Shown here in pieces: positions 8,077-18,284 of a DNA stretch of 64,000 nucleotides. Under the pieces are notes generated by a model. It ran no database searches. It was not told where the DNA came from and worked only from the letters and a program-made list of their open reading frames with translations. The stretch spans positions 1 through 64,000 of IMG/VR virus record IMGVR_UViG_3300033064_003894, one strand, 5' to 3'. Within the stretch, counting starts at the first letter, position 1. Each line of letters starts with the position of its first letter. This DNA is from a virus. The position numbers and the translations under genes are program-made.

Positions 8077-9234
8077 ATGGGAAAAGAGAAAAAAGGCGGG
8101 TCTTATAGCAAAGAGGTTGCAGTAGCTGCCGCGTCTTTGCCTGCCGCTGCAGCCGTGACAAGTGCAAGAGACGCATTAGATTTAACTAGACGTGTAAGAG
8201 CTGCAAAGGAGGTCAGAAATATAACCCAAGGCCTACAGGTCGGAGATCACTTATTTTCAGGAAGACATTTCGCTTCTAGGAAGAGCATGCTTAAGGGAAA
8301 GGTTTTAGCGAATGGAGCAATGATAGAGACTGCCGCAGAAATAGGATCTGGAGGAAGTCTAAGACACTCAATGCCCGTTGTCAAGACGAAAGAAGGCGTG
8401 ACTATAAATAGAAAAGCTGGACCATTCAAGACTCGTTTTGAAAAAAACAGACTTATAGAGAACCCTGGCGGATATACACCATCTAAATCGGAAACCAAGG
8501 GATCTATTTCTAGAAAGAATAGATTAGTAAGTGGAGGGGGCATATACAGAAGTTTAGAAATTAAGCTTGAGGCCCTATCTAAGGCTACTAAGGGAAAGGG
8601 CTTAGCTGAGAAAATAAAGAAATACAAGGATAATATTAAGTTACGTAATAGACAATATAATAAGACTGATAAAGTTACAGACAGAAGGATTAAGAGTAAA
8701 CCTAAAGGCAGTATGGGAATAGTGAATTCATATGATAGACATACTCCAAAGATACATATAACTCCAAGGAAGCCTCTTACGCTAGAAGAAAAGGGTAAAG
8801 TTAACGAGTTCTTGTTGAAAAGGAAGAACACAACATATGACGTAGATGGAGCTGTTAGCGGAGGAACGAGAAGGGTCTTCTTCCCTAGACTTTTCAGTAG
8901 AGGGGGAAAAAGCCTTACAGGTAAAAGCGGCGCTCTTAAGTCGTATCACTGTGGATCACTAGGGGCAGCGAGCTGTGCTCTTGTTGGTCGTGGACCGTTA
9001 AAGGATGTAAAGAGATCGCTACCTTCTGATTTATTGATGAACAAGAAGGATTACAAGATTGTAGCTGTTAATAATAGAAAAGCTGTAATTGCTGACATAA
9101 GTCACGGATTGAAGATGAGGAATAGGGCTCATCTAAAGGCTGGAATTGTTATGGCTGCAGCAGGGTTTGCTGGCGGAGCGCTGATTAAGAAAAAGAAAAA
9201 TGAGGGACTTAAGAGTCCCCATAGCGTAACTTAG
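8077..9234 (+). CDS. basic protein with permuted papain-like (YiiX/YaeF, NlpC/P60 superfamily) domain
   Basis: Ordered motifs LQVGDHLF, RHS (His), TYD, YHCGSLGA (Cys), LPSDLL; Ala/Gly-rich helices at both termini. Confidence 0.55.
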   Translation: MGKEKKGGSYSKEVAVAAASLPAAAAVTSARDALDLTRRVRAAKEVRNITQGLQVGDHLFSGRHFASRKSMLKGKVLANGAMIETAAEIGSGGSLRHSMPVVKTKEGVTINRKAGPFKTRFEKNRLIENPGGYTPSKSETKGSISRKNRLVSGGGIYRSLEIKLEALSKATKGKGLAEKIKKYKDNIKLRNRQYNKTDKVTDRRIKSKPKGSMGIVNSYDRHTPKIHITPRKPLTLEEKGKVNEFLLKRKNTTYDVDGAVSGGTRRVFFPRLFSRGGKSLTGKSGALKSYHCGSLGAASCALVGRGPLKDVKRSLPSDLLMNKKDYKIVAVNNRKAVIADISHGLKMRNRAHLKAGIVMAAAGFAGGALIKKKKNEGLKSPHSVT

Positions 9235-9593
9235 CTCACGCTTCTGACAAGCTCTAACCGTCTTGCTCTAGTCATTCTGCTGTATACGTCTTCTGCAAGT
9301 TCGTCACACAGACCTTCTTCTTCCAGTCCGCCAATGTCAAGTCCATGATCATATATTGCGATGTGAGCAATCTCATGAAGAGCGATAAGGGCAACCTTTT
9401 TCTTTGTTTCTAGGAAAGGACTCACCCAGAAAGTCCGGTTCGGGAAGTAAGAGGCTCCATATAGAAATCCGAGAAATACTGCAGGATTAAAGACATTTAT
9501 GAGCGGCGTATCAATTACCAAGCCTGAAATCTGATTCTTTGAGCTTAGTTTTTTAACCATTGAAACCAAAGACGAGAACGTTTTTTTATTCAT
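9231..9593 (-). CDS. small HEXXH zincin-like metalloprotein
   Basis: LHEIAH...EEEGLCD; AAGGA SD before MNKK; paralog of 45400..45843. Confidence 0.6.
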   Translation of the reverse strand: MNKKTFSSLVSMVKKLSSKNQISGLVIDTPLINVFNPAVFLGFLYGASYFPNRTFWVSPFLETKKKVALIALHEIAHIAIYDHGLDIGGLEEEGLCDELAEDVYSRMTRARRLELVRSVS

Positions 9594-9717
9594 GTAGTTT
9601 TCCTTTAGATGCTGCAAGATGCTGCATCTTATTAGTTTATGCCATTAAATATGAGGAGATTAAGTAGATTAATCGCCGCATGTGACACAATTTCTTGTCC
9701 GTGTATAATAGTTAATT

Positions 9718-10167
9718 ATGGCGCTAGGAACTTGGAAAATATGGAATGACTATGAGCAGACAGGTGCCTGGGAAACGCTTGACTATACAAATTTAACGCA
9801 TTCAGCTCTCCTTACTTCACGTGCAGAATTTCATATTCAAGATGATGGCCTAGCTGGAAGTAGTGACCAAGTTACGGACGTTTTGCCTAGAATGCCGAAT
9901 TATGACCTATATATATTCCCAGTAGAAATTACTATATATTCCGCTGGTACGGCATCTTTTGCTGTTTGCAACCCAGCTGACATAGTAAATGATTATGTCC
10001 CTATGGATGGTGGCGGCTCATTTCACAGGCCAGCCGTGATATCAACCACGGCCCCTTCTGCAGGTTTGGCTAAAGGTCCGTTACCTCCAAACACAAGAAT
10101 TGTGGTAAGAGGCCTTACTGGTGAGGGAGCTGCCAAGATTAATGTTACCGGTAAAAAGATAAAGTAA
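9718..10167 (+). CDS. virion protein A1 (paralog of 13749..14276)
   Basis: Shared TGAW, YD.YI.P, F.R.A.I/L, KGP..PN.RI motifs. Confidence 0.65.
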   Translation: MALGTWKIWNDYEQTGAWETLDYTNLTHSALLTSRAEFHIQDDGLAGSSDQVTDVLPRMPNYDLYIFPVEITIYSAGTASFAVCNPADIVNDYVPMDGGGSFHRPAVISTTAPSAGLAKGPLPPNTRIVVRGLTGEGAAKINVTGKKIK

Positions 10168-10168
10168 T

Positions 10169-10840
10169 ATGGGAAAATACATTAGCCAAATAACAACGGA
10201 GTTAACTATAGCTCCTGCAACAGATGACTTGCTTCATATACAGGACATTTCTGATACTACAAATACGATATATGGAACATCTAAGAAGATTACTGTAGCT
10301 AATCTTCTAGAGGCAATCCCGTCAGAGACTGTATTTGGCTTGTCAGCTTTAGGGGCAGCACCAGCGATTGGTGATATATTAGAGATACTTGATATCTCTG
10401 ACACAACTGACACTGTAAATGGCACTTCAAAGAAGATGACTGTAGCTGAGCTGCAGAACGCAATGGCTCCTAGGTGTGTTCAGTTCACAATTGGTGATGG
10501 GACAAATGCCATTACTGCCGGGATTGTAGCAATAACGCAGGTCCCTTATGCTGGGACGATAACTAAATCCACTTTGGTGTCAATAGATGCTGCTGGAGCT
10601 GCTGTTAGTGGTAGTGTAGTTATAGATTTGTGGAAAGACACTTACGCGAACTTTGCTCCTACTGTGGCCGACACAATTACAGCTGCCGCAAAGCCTACAC
10701 TGTCTACGGAGACAAAATCACAAGACGCCACCCTTACTGGGTGGACAACTGCAATTGCTGCTGGTGATTATATAATTGCAGTCGTTGATAGCGCCACTAC
10801 AGTAAAACAAGTTATAGTAACACTGGAGGTATTAGTCTAA
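10169..10840 (+). CDS. virion fibre/adaptor protein B1 with two internal repeats (paralog of 14269..14784)
   Basis: Repeat D.L.I.DISDTT.T..GTSKK.TVA.L twice; IDLWKDTYAN and AGDYIIA.VDS shared with paralog. Confidence 0.7.
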   Translation: MGKYISQITTELTIAPATDDLLHIQDISDTTNTIYGTSKKITVANLLEAIPSETVFGLSALGAAPAIGDILEILDISDTTDTVNGTSKKMTVAELQNAMAPRCVQFTIGDGTNAITAGIVAITQVPYAGTITKSTLVSIDAAGAAVSGSVVIDLWKDTYANFAPTVADTITAAAKPTLSTETKSQDATLTGWTTAIAAGDYIIAVVDSATTVKQVIVTLEVLV

Positions 10841-11970
10841 TGGCTGGTTTTCATGTAAGTACTGCTGGAGCGGGGTCTCACAATGGTGATGGAGAAGCTA
10901 ATGCATTCACATGGGCTGAGATGGTTTCCGATTTAGTTGCTGCAACGACTGTCTCTAATACATACTATGTAAAGTCTGACGCTGTTTATGATTTAACTTC
11001 GACTACCACATTTAACCAGGCCATGAGCTCTGGTCAGCAGCACTTTATCATTGGCTATAACTCTACTAATAGTGATGGATGGCAGGGGTATGACGCTAAC
11101 GGGTTTTTAGATACAACCAATTACCCAGTAATTTCTTATAGTGGCTCTACTATTCATTGCAATATAAATGGAAATAACTTGAAGATGGCCTGTTTAAATA
11201 TTAAGTCAGAAAAGAATTCCTCAGGGACTGTCTTATTAGCTGGAGTAGGATGTAGTATACTAGCTACTCGACTTGAGAATATATCAACAGTGTCTAACGG
11301 GTATTCTATTAGATTAAATAATGCGTATGCATCTATATCTGACTGCGATTTAATCCAGAGTGGAGCGTCAGGAGGGAGTCCGTGCACGTATTTTGGTAAT
11401 ACGATGACTATAAATAACGTACGCGCAAAATCAGTCAGTGGCCCTGGATTCTTTTCTTCATATGCGTTTGGTATGCCAAGTATCGTTAACTCCGTTGCGT
11501 ATGAATGCGGAACGCATGGAGTAGAACTTAATGGGGGTGGAGCTCACGTAAGGCTTAGATTAATTAACTGCACCATAGCCAATAATACTGATAATGGCAT
11601 AGAGATCCCTAGCACACAAACTGGATCTATGACAGTAATTGGATGTTCAATAACTGATAACGGAGGATACGCGATTGATCAAAATGGGGCAACGTCTGAG
11701 TTAAATTTTGCAAACATTAGAGCTGTCAGGAATAACGGTGGAGGCTCAGGTCTAAACTTTAATGTGTCTGTTGTGTCTGAAGCAAACGCATGGAATGTAA
11801 TTACAGCATCTGGATCTGACTATAATGATGATGCTAATTATGACTTCCGTATATTGCAGGGCGCTTTAGGCCAAGACACAAGCATTCGAGGTGCGAACAT
11901 CGGCGCGTGTTCTGCTGTGCCTAACACCTCAAGTGGTAGCGGTGGACTTATTGGATATGGGTGCGCATAA
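10840..11970 (+). CDS. right-handed parallel beta-helix protein (tailspike/depolymerase-like)
   Basis: Repeats such as LINCTIANNTDNGI, VIGCSITDNGGYAI; C-terminal DFRI...NIGA. Confidence 0.7.
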   Translation: MAGFHVSTAGAGSHNGDGEANAFTWAEMVSDLVAATTVSNTYYVKSDAVYDLTSTTTFNQAMSSGQQHFIIGYNSTNSDGWQGYDANGFLDTTNYPVISYSGSTIHCNINGNNLKMACLNIKSEKNSSGTVLLAGVGCSILATRLENISTVSNGYSIRLNNAYASISDCDLIQSGASGGSPCTYFGNTMTINNVRAKSVSGPGFFSSYAFGMPSIVNSVAYECGTHGVELNGGGAHVRLRLINCTIANNTDNGIEIPSTQTGSMTVIGCSITDNGGYAIDQNGATSELNFANIRAVRNNGGGSGLNFNVSVVSEANAWNVITASGSDYNDDANYDFRILQGALGQDTSIRGANIGACSAVPNTSSGSGGLIGYGCA

Positions 11971-13674
11971 ATGGTTGTAGTCCGCAAAGGCACATCCGGC
12001 CTTGTTCGTAGAAATACGACAGGAGGAATAGTTACGTCTACAAGAAATTCTCTTGTATACAAGTCTTCTTTAATGGGGACGAACTTAGTAGGTCTTGAAT
12101 ATTACGGATCTACTAGGCCATTTATTGACATGATGAAGTGCTCATCTGATTGGGTGAACAACCTACCATCTTTTGATCACGTTACATCTATAAGTACTGA
12201 TACAAATGGTTGGATAACTTCAATTGACTCAACAGCAAGTCAAAGAGTTATCTCTTATATTTTTAGTAGTGACAATAATGGCACTGAGGATATGAACACA
12301 GAAGGTAACTATTTAATAGTTTACTATTCTGGCGATGGGTCCAATTATGGATCAGGACTTGATTGGTGGTTTACTATAGACAGTGGGGGCTCTATATCTT
12401 TAATTGAGCACGATACTGATGCTAAAAGGCTTGTACTTAGCTGTTCGTTTGGAAATTACCTGCTTCTATATATAGATTACGTAAATGAAGGTGATCCAAT
12501 AAAAGATATAAAGATAATACCTGAGAGCCTTGAGGCGCTACATCTTTCTGGAGAAATATTCCATCCTGAGTACATTGAATATTGTGAACAATTCTCATGC
12601 CTCAGATTTATGGATTGGGCAAAATGTAACTCTAATGACTCTGAAACATGGGCAGAGAGGAGGGATATTAATTATAGAAATTATTCTGGCGGCTCTTGGA
12701 CTAATTCAAATGCGAACATAACTAAAAGTGCTATGGTGCCTTACGAGATGCAGGCTGAATTATGTAACATAGTTAAGGCTGACATGTGGGCTAATACTCC
12801 ATATGCTGCCACTTCGTCAGATTGGGCATCTAATTGTGCTACACAATTGTTGTCTCTATTAGATTCTGGTCTTGACCTTTATATAGAGAGAAGTAACGAG
12901 TGTTGGAATGGAATATTCCCTCAAAATCAACATGATTTTGATCAGGGTCAGGTGCTTTATCCAGCAGAGGGAAATATTTATTATAGAGGGTGGAAGTATT
13001 CAGCGCATGCCGCAAGATTGGTTATGGAGGAGTTTGAAGCGGTTTGGACAGGAAGCAATGAGGCTAGGCTTCACACCTTATATGCTTGGCAAAAGAACAC
13101 GGATGGAGTATCAGATTGGCTGTCTGACTGGGAAGGTTTAAAAGATCATATAAAACATTGGTCAATTGCTCCTTATGCTGCTGGTCAAAACGCAGGAGGC
13201 TCCGGCAGCAAGTTGGGCACAAACCCGCAAGCGACAGTTAGTCCTGTATCTCCTCATACAATGAGCACGATTAATTATACTGTTGATATGGTTGTAGATG
13301 ATCTATTTACTGATCTAACAACAGATCTCGCCGAACATGACTCAATGATCACCTTAATGGAAGGCAAGAGTCTTTCCGTTATAATGTATGAAAGCGGACA
13401 GCATTTAGTTGGAGTATCAACGCCTGTTCTTAATAATACAACGATTACAGACTTGTTTATTGCTTCTAATAGGCATTCAAGAATGCGCCAGTATTATCAC
13501 GACTATTATCAAGATGGACGCGATAGAGGGTATGCACTAATGATGGTTTTCACTGACCACTTCACTCCAAGCAAGTACGGATCTTGGGGGGCTAAAGAAT
13601 ATCAAGGTCAGCCAAACAATGAGTGCCCTAAATATTTAGGTATATTAGACTTCATAGCGGAGAACCGAGACTAA
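11971..13674 (+). CDS. putative glycoside hydrolase (clan GH-A-like; often annotated cellulose-binding protein)
   Basis: PFIDMMK, LRFMDW, YIERSNECWN (acid/base), MYESGQHLVG (nucleophile), KYGSWG. Confidence 0.65.
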   Translation: MVVVRKGTSGLVRRNTTGGIVTSTRNSLVYKSSLMGTNLVGLEYYGSTRPFIDMMKCSSDWVNNLPSFDHVTSISTDTNGWITSIDSTASQRVISYIFSSDNNGTEDMNTEGNYLIVYYSGDGSNYGSGLDWWFTIDSGGSISLIEHDTDAKRLVLSCSFGNYLLLYIDYVNEGDPIKDIKIIPESLEALHLSGEIFHPEYIEYCEQFSCLRFMDWAKCNSNDSETWAERRDINYRNYSGGSWTNSNANITKSAMVPYEMQAELCNIVKADMWANTPYAATSSDWASNCATQLLSLLDSGLDLYIERSNECWNGIFPQNQHDFDQGQVLYPAEGNIYYRGWKYSAHAARLVMEEFEAVWTGSNEARLHTLYAWQKNTDGVSDWLSDWEGLKDHIKHWSIAPYAAGQNAGGSGSKLGTNPQATVSPVSPHTMSTINYTVDMVVDDLFTDLTTDLAEHDSMITLMEGKSLSVIMYESGQHLVGVSTPVLNNTTITDLFIASNRHSRMRQYYHDYYQDGRDRGYALMMVFTDHFTPSKYGSWGAKEYQGQPNNECPKYLGILDFIAENRD

Positions 13675-13748
13675 ATGCTTCGCATAGGAAAATAACATGC
13701 ATGTAAGAATGCGAAAGTGTTGCCGGACTTCATGGAGAATTAAATAAA

Positions 13749-14276
13749 ATGGCCGAAGTCAACCTGCTATTAACTGACACCTTTGAGGTGTTCACTACCG
13801 CTGGCGAGAATGTTATTCTCACAGAGACAGAGACAGAGACAGAGGCTGTTGAAGAATGGTATATCTATGGTTCAACTGGTGCGTGGGCGTTGTATGACCC
13901 ATCGAATTCAGGTCATACTTCTATTTTACAAACAGGAAATAGTATATTTTGGAGGTATGACTCAATTTCTGGGAATAGCGTTCAGGTAACCCCAATTATT
14001 CCAGTTGCTGGAGATTATGATATATACATATTGCCTTTAGATACAACTTCTTATGTATCTGGTACTCTTATCGCTGCAGTAGAAGACACAGGTGGAAATT
14101 ATTACCCATTAAGTTCAAGCGGGTTATTCAACCGTGCTGCAATATTGGGCTCGGCAAGTGAGCTGCGAGCTGGAATAATAAAGGGGCCTATACTTCCTAA
14201 CATGAGAATATATGCAGACAATTTGTCTGGCGGAGGAAGCTCAAGTATAGTACTGGTGATTATTAAGAATGCATAA
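13749..14276 (+). CDS. virion protein A2 (paralog of 9718..10167)
   Basis: Motif sharing; (ACAGAG)x4 microsatellite at 13821-13844 encodes a TE linker. Confidence 0.65.
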   Translation: MAEVNLLLTDTFEVFTTAGENVILTETETETEAVEEWYIYGSTGAWALYDPSNSGHTSILQTGNSIFWRYDSISGNSVQVTPIIPVAGDYDIYILPLDTTSYVSGTLIAAVEDTGGNYYPLSSSGLFNRAAILGSASELRAGIIKGPILPNMRIYADNLSGGGSSSIVLVIIKNA

Positions 14277-14784
14277 GTACATAAGCGACTTTAAATCAGA
14301 GTTAATCACTGCATCCTCTGGAGATATTCTATGGATACAGGACGTATCTGATATAGCAAGTACAGCAGCAGGAACTATAAAAAAAATAGCGGTAAGAAAT
14401 TTAATCAGCTCTCCTAGAGAAATTCAATTCACTCTTGGTGATGGGACTAATCTTATTGTGACCGGAAGTATTGCAACAACTAGAGTCTCTTATGATTGCG
14501 TTATTACAACGGCCTCTATAGTCTCTCTAGACGGAGCAGGAGCGCCTGTGTCTGGAGATATCGTAATAGACCTGTGGAAAGACACATATGCCAACTGGCC
14601 TCCAGACGACGCTGACACCATTACAGGAGGTGATGAACCAACATTGGTGTCGTCGGATAAATCACAAATATCTGACATGGCAAGCTGGAGCGTAACTGTC
14701 TCTGCTGGAGATTATATAATAGCTCATGTTGACAGCGTAGCTACCGTTAAGCAGGTAATATTAACATTAGATGTAATTACATAA
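14269..14784 (+). CDS. virion fibre/adaptor protein B2 (paralog of 10169..10840, one repeat)
   Basis: MxKYIS, QFT.GDGTN, IDLWKDTYAN, AGDYIIA.VDS..TVKQVI.TL.V. Confidence 0.7.
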   Translation: MHKYISDFKSELITASSGDILWIQDVSDIASTAAGTIKKIAVRNLISSPREIQFTLGDGTNLIVTGSIATTRVSYDCVITTASIVSLDGAGAPVSGDIVIDLWKDTYANWPPDDADTITGGDEPTLVSSDKSQISDMASWSVTVSAGDYIIAHVDSVATVKQVILTLDVIT

Positions 14785-14795
14785 AAAAATAAGAT

Positions 14796-14996
14796 TCAAA
14801 TATGAAATACTCTTTTTATAACATTTAACAACGGTTTCATCTCTTCCTTTATTCCTTCAACTTCTTTTATTATACTACCTGTGGCTGAGGAGGCTTTATC
14901 TGCAAATTGGCTTACAAGTCTAATAGCTTTTGCCATCTCTTCGAGCCTTTCCTCTATTGCTTTAAGACGATCAGTGACACTCGGATCTTCATCCAT
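14796..14996 (-). CDS. small coiled-coil protein
   Basis: GGGATAAC 5 nt before ATG. Confidence 0.65.
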   Translation of the reverse strand: MDEDPSVTDRLKAIEERLEEMAKAIRLVSQFADKASSATGSIIKEVEGIKEEMKPLLNVIKRVFHI

Positions 14997-15063
14997 ATTG
15001 TGTTATCCCGTAAAAAAATAAGATTTAAAAGTAGAGATCTCTTGCGAGTTCTCCACTATGACG

Positions 15064-15291
15064 CTAGGAGTCTAGCATTTCTATGTCAGTGAGTTGGGAT
15101 GTAGATGCATCAATAGCTTCGCGTGCCTCTTGATCATCAGCAGTCCACTCGTCATCCTCTTTGAAGCTAGGAGACCAGTTGTCTATCCAAGACATCACAC
15201 GGACTAACGCATTGTTGGACTTACCAAGCAGCATCTCAGCCCGTCGCGCCCTCTCTTCCCAATTCATCTTGTGTATGTACCTTTCGGACAT
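15064..15291 (-). CDS. hypothetical protein
   Basis: AAGGAG SD; promoter motif at 15338-15345. Confidence 0.7.
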   Translation of the reverse strand: MSERYIHKMNWEERARRAEMLLGKSNNALVRVMSWIDNWSPSFKEDDEWTADDQEAREAIDASTSQLTDIEMLDS

Positions 15292-15401
15292 TTGAGTTCT
15301 CCTTTGTTAGCAGTTTGTGAAACTCTGCTGTCTATGTTTTATACCACGCCAAAAGAGGCAATTTAGACATTAATCATACACAATGTATAATGTATTGAGC
15401 T

Positions 15402-15866
15402 ATGTCAAGAAGTCAGAAAAATGGAGAGAACGTCTTCTTATATAGCAAGGCTAAGGATAGCGCAAGGTCTGTATATAGAGAGTACATGCAAGATAAAGCA
15501 ATGTCGTGGGCAGACAACATACTCTCAGAATTCATGAAAAATAAAAACACATTAAGGAATATTGCAAAGGTTGCGTCAATGAGAGACAGGCCGGATGATA
15601 TTAAAAGGAACTCAGTGCACTATCTTCGTGGACCAAAGTTTCATAAAAAAATGGACGCGAAAGAGATTGCCAAGATGATTCGCGATAACGAACGATCTAT
15701 TGAGAGCGGAGGAGAAGATAAGATGAAGGGGTACAGATTGATAACAAGGGCTAAGGGCATGGGAGAGAAGTCTACAAGCGTTAAGAAGATATATGATCAA
15801 ATGAAGAAGACTTCAGACGGGATGCATTTAAACTTGAGATATGTTAACGGAAGATTTATTATTTAA
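15402..15866 (+). CDS. basic hypothetical protein (KVAS motif), possible head protein
   Basis: ORF with TATAAT upstream; IAKVAS. Confidence 0.55.
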   Translation: MSRSQKNGENVFLYSKAKDSARSVYREYMQDKAMSWADNILSEFMKNKNTLRNIAKVASMRDRPDDIKRNSVHYLRGPKFHKKMDAKEIAKMIRDNERSIESGGEDKMKGYRLITRAKGMGEKSTSVKKIYDQMKKTSDGMHLNLRYVNGRFII

Positions 15867-16218
15867 TCCCCACGTCTTTCCCATAGAAGCAGAAAAAGTG
15901 TATTAGTATTCCTATCACTACGAAGGATGCGCAAATGACCTTAACTGCCTCATTCCCTGATATGAATGGGTACATAAAAGAAGCCGTAACCCATGACATC
16001 CTTGCTAACGCTGCTGGATTTCTTGATAAGCAAGATAAAAGGAATTCCCGCATACCTCGTCCTTTAATGCTTCCTTTGTAGAAAAAGATTAAAGATATTA
16101 GCATCATAGAAACGCCTGACGCCTTAGATAATGTTGATACTATAAATTCAGTTATTGATACTCCAGATATTAACAGGAACATTTTTGGTCCATATACTAT
16201 TTTATTCAGTTGGTCCAT
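15859..16218 (-). CDS. hypothetical membrane protein
   Basis: Several hydrophobic segments. Confidence 0.55.
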   Translation of the reverse strand: MDQLNKIVYGPKMFLLISGVSITEFIVSTLSKASGVSMMLISLIFFYKGSIKGRGMREFLLSCLSRNPAALARMSWVTASFMYPFISGNEAVKVICASFVVIGILIHFFCFYGKDVGIK

Positions 16219-16393
16219 CTTTCCGTTTTTTTTTGCTTTTAGTCAAGATTATTTCTGTATTATCTTTTATCTTTCCACACAATTCGTTCATGCAGACGAA
16301 CTTACGTTCTCCCTTTTTAATGCCAGAACCGGTTTCATAATAAGATCGTCCTCCGCAGACTGGGCATGTTACACGCTCACTAAATATAGACAT
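16202..16393 (-). CDS. small zinc-ribbon protein
   Basis: CPVC...CMNELC; TAATG coupling. Confidence 0.6.
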   Translation of the reverse strand: MSIFSERVTCPVCGGRSYYETGSGIKKGERKFVCMNELCGKIKDNTEIILTKSKKKRKDGPTE

Positions 16394-17301
16394 TACTTGT
16401 AGAGTTTATCTAGAACTACTAACGCATTATTCATAATGCCTTTACTCCATTCACAGTCTCTGTAAAGAATGTCAAGCTCCTTTAAGCCGGCCCTTATGGA
16501 TGGCTTTCCTATCTTACCTTTTTCGAAATACTCTAAAAGGTTCTTCATTAGCGACACAAGCGATCTTGATTTATACCAAATCCTCTTACTTTCAAGTTCT
16601 GCATGATAACCAGTACGATCTTTGAGTCCTATTGTATCGCCAGAATAGTTTAAAGTACTTTTTAAATAACGACTCATCCGAAATATAGTTGATTTGTGAA
16701 CGACTTTAGCACTATAACCTAGTAGGCTCTGCTCCATTACTAGCATTGCATAGTGTTTCTTTTTTAACTTTATAAGTCCAGGAAGCACTTTCTCAGCAAT
16801 CTCCCACGAAGTCGTCGCTACACAGTGCATATTAACGTGGTGCGCTCTAAATGCCTTTGAATAGAATACGCAGTACGTTTTACTGTAATCACCAAATGTA
16901 TCCACTAAATAGTCCATTTCTGACTTTTTATAATATGAACAATATACCGGGTAAAGATTAAAAAGTCTAGTTTCCATCATGCGTGCACCTAAGAATGTAT
17001 TTGGATAAAGTTTCTTAAAGTTAAAATTACGAAGTGTGATAAAAATACCTTTACTTGGGTAATGACAAGCGCGAAACGCGGTAGTCTCTTTCTTTTCTAT
17101 AAGAAGTTCAACAGTCCTATGAAGTATTTTTGTAACAAATGTACGGCGGTCACGTATCGTGTGATTTCCTGAATAATTACATTTTAGTATATATTTGTCT
17201 TTTGTCCGCGTAAGGATCGCCTTAACTGTCTTTGTTTCATATACAGTAAACTTTGGTTTTTCAGATGACGGGCTACATTTCGACTTTGATTTTATTTCCA
17301 C
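16393..17301 (-). CDS. hypothetical basic protein
   Basis: 302-aa ORF abutting neighbours. Confidence 0.7.
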   Translation of the reverse strand: MEIKSKSKCSPSSEKPKFTVYETKTVKAILTRTKDKYILKCNYSGNHTIRDRRTFVTKILHRTVELLIEKKETTAFRACHYPSKGIFITLRNFNFKKLYPNTFLGARMMETRLFNLYPVYCSYYKKSEMDYLVDTFGDYSKTYCVFYSKAFRAHHVNMHCVATTSWEIAEKVLPGLIKLKKKHYAMLVMEQSLLGYSAKVVHKSTIFRMSRYLKSTLNYSGDTIGLKDRTGYHAELESKRIWYKSRSLVSLMKNLLEYFEKGKIGKPSIRAGLKELDILYRDCEWSKGIMNNALVVLDKLYK

Positions 17302-18243
17302 TTAACCTCCATTGAGCTCTATTGCTCTTAATCCTTTGAATTCCTCAATACGTACAAGAATCTCATCCAGAATCTCATCCAGATCATTATATGCTGCTGT
17401 ATCACATCTAGCATTTTCTATTAGGGTTTTCATATTTATAGACATATTTATATTATGTATTCTTATAGGGTCCTTACTAAATAGACCCATAAGAGACATA
17501 ATTGATTTTATTATCTCAAAAAACTCCCTATATTCGCCACATTTTGCGGCCTCAATAATCAACGCGCGTCTTTTATTAATTATAATATTTACAGTATCTT
17601 TGCTGTTCGATATCTCAATAGACATCATCAAGTTAAGTGATTCAAAAATTCTGTCAGTTTCTTTTCTTGAAATATCGTAATTGCTTCCAATACAGCGACG
17701 ATACGTCATTTTATTATATTTCTCTACAAAACCTGGATTGGTAGATCCGGTATCTCTAGACATACATGAAAGAGCCTTAGCATCGTCCCCAAAAGCATGA
17801 ATCTCATATATACCCGACTGCGTATAAGGTATATTTAAATAATGTATTCTGCAAGAATCAGGAGAACATCCTCCGTCAAATCTAGCATTATTAAGTATAT
17901 ATACATTTATTTTCGGCATTCCTGAAAGGGACAATAATGGGCGACTCCCATTATATAACAACTGAAAGTTTAGATCAGATTTAGTGACATCAATAGTAAT
18001 ATTCTTTGACGGGTTATTGCGTCTATGCATATGGCAGCATCTCCACGCGCACGTGGAAGCATTGCACCATGATGTGCAAACGCCACAGTTGCAATAACCA
18101 AATCTAGGTATTTCTATAGTTATTGTTGAACAGCCGCTACTTTCAAAACTTCCTATTAGCTCTTCAACTGCATTTGAATTACAAAACTCTTTATAATCCA
18201 TCCCTTTATGCTCAATCAGTGCACAGCTTTCATTTACATCCAT
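17302..18243 (-). CDS. hypothetical protein, Cys-rich N-terminus
   Basis: 313-aa ORF; GGGATAAA 6 nt before ATG. Confidence 0.7.
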   Translation of the reverse strand: MDVNESCALIEHKGMDYKEFCNSNAVEELIGSFESSGCSTITIEIPRFGYCNCGVCTSWCNASTCAWRCCHMHRRNNPSKNITIDVTKSDLNFQLLYNGSRPLLSLSGMPKINVYILNNARFDGGCSPDSCRIHYLNIPYTQSGIYEIHAFGDDAKALSCMSRDTGSTNPGFVEKYNKMTYRRCIGSNYDISRKETDRIFESLNLMMSIEISNSKDTVNIIINKRRALIIEAAKCGEYREFFEIIKSIMSLMGLFSKDPIRIHNINMSINMKTLIENARCDTAAYNDLDEILDEILVRIEEFKGLRAIELNGG

Positions 18244-18284
18244 TCATACTTTATCCCACAATAATAAAAAAAATTGATTTAGTG

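Noticed and set aside
13821-13844. (ACAGAG)4 as a phase-variation switch
   Set aside because: The unit is a multiple of 3, so slippage changes linker length only
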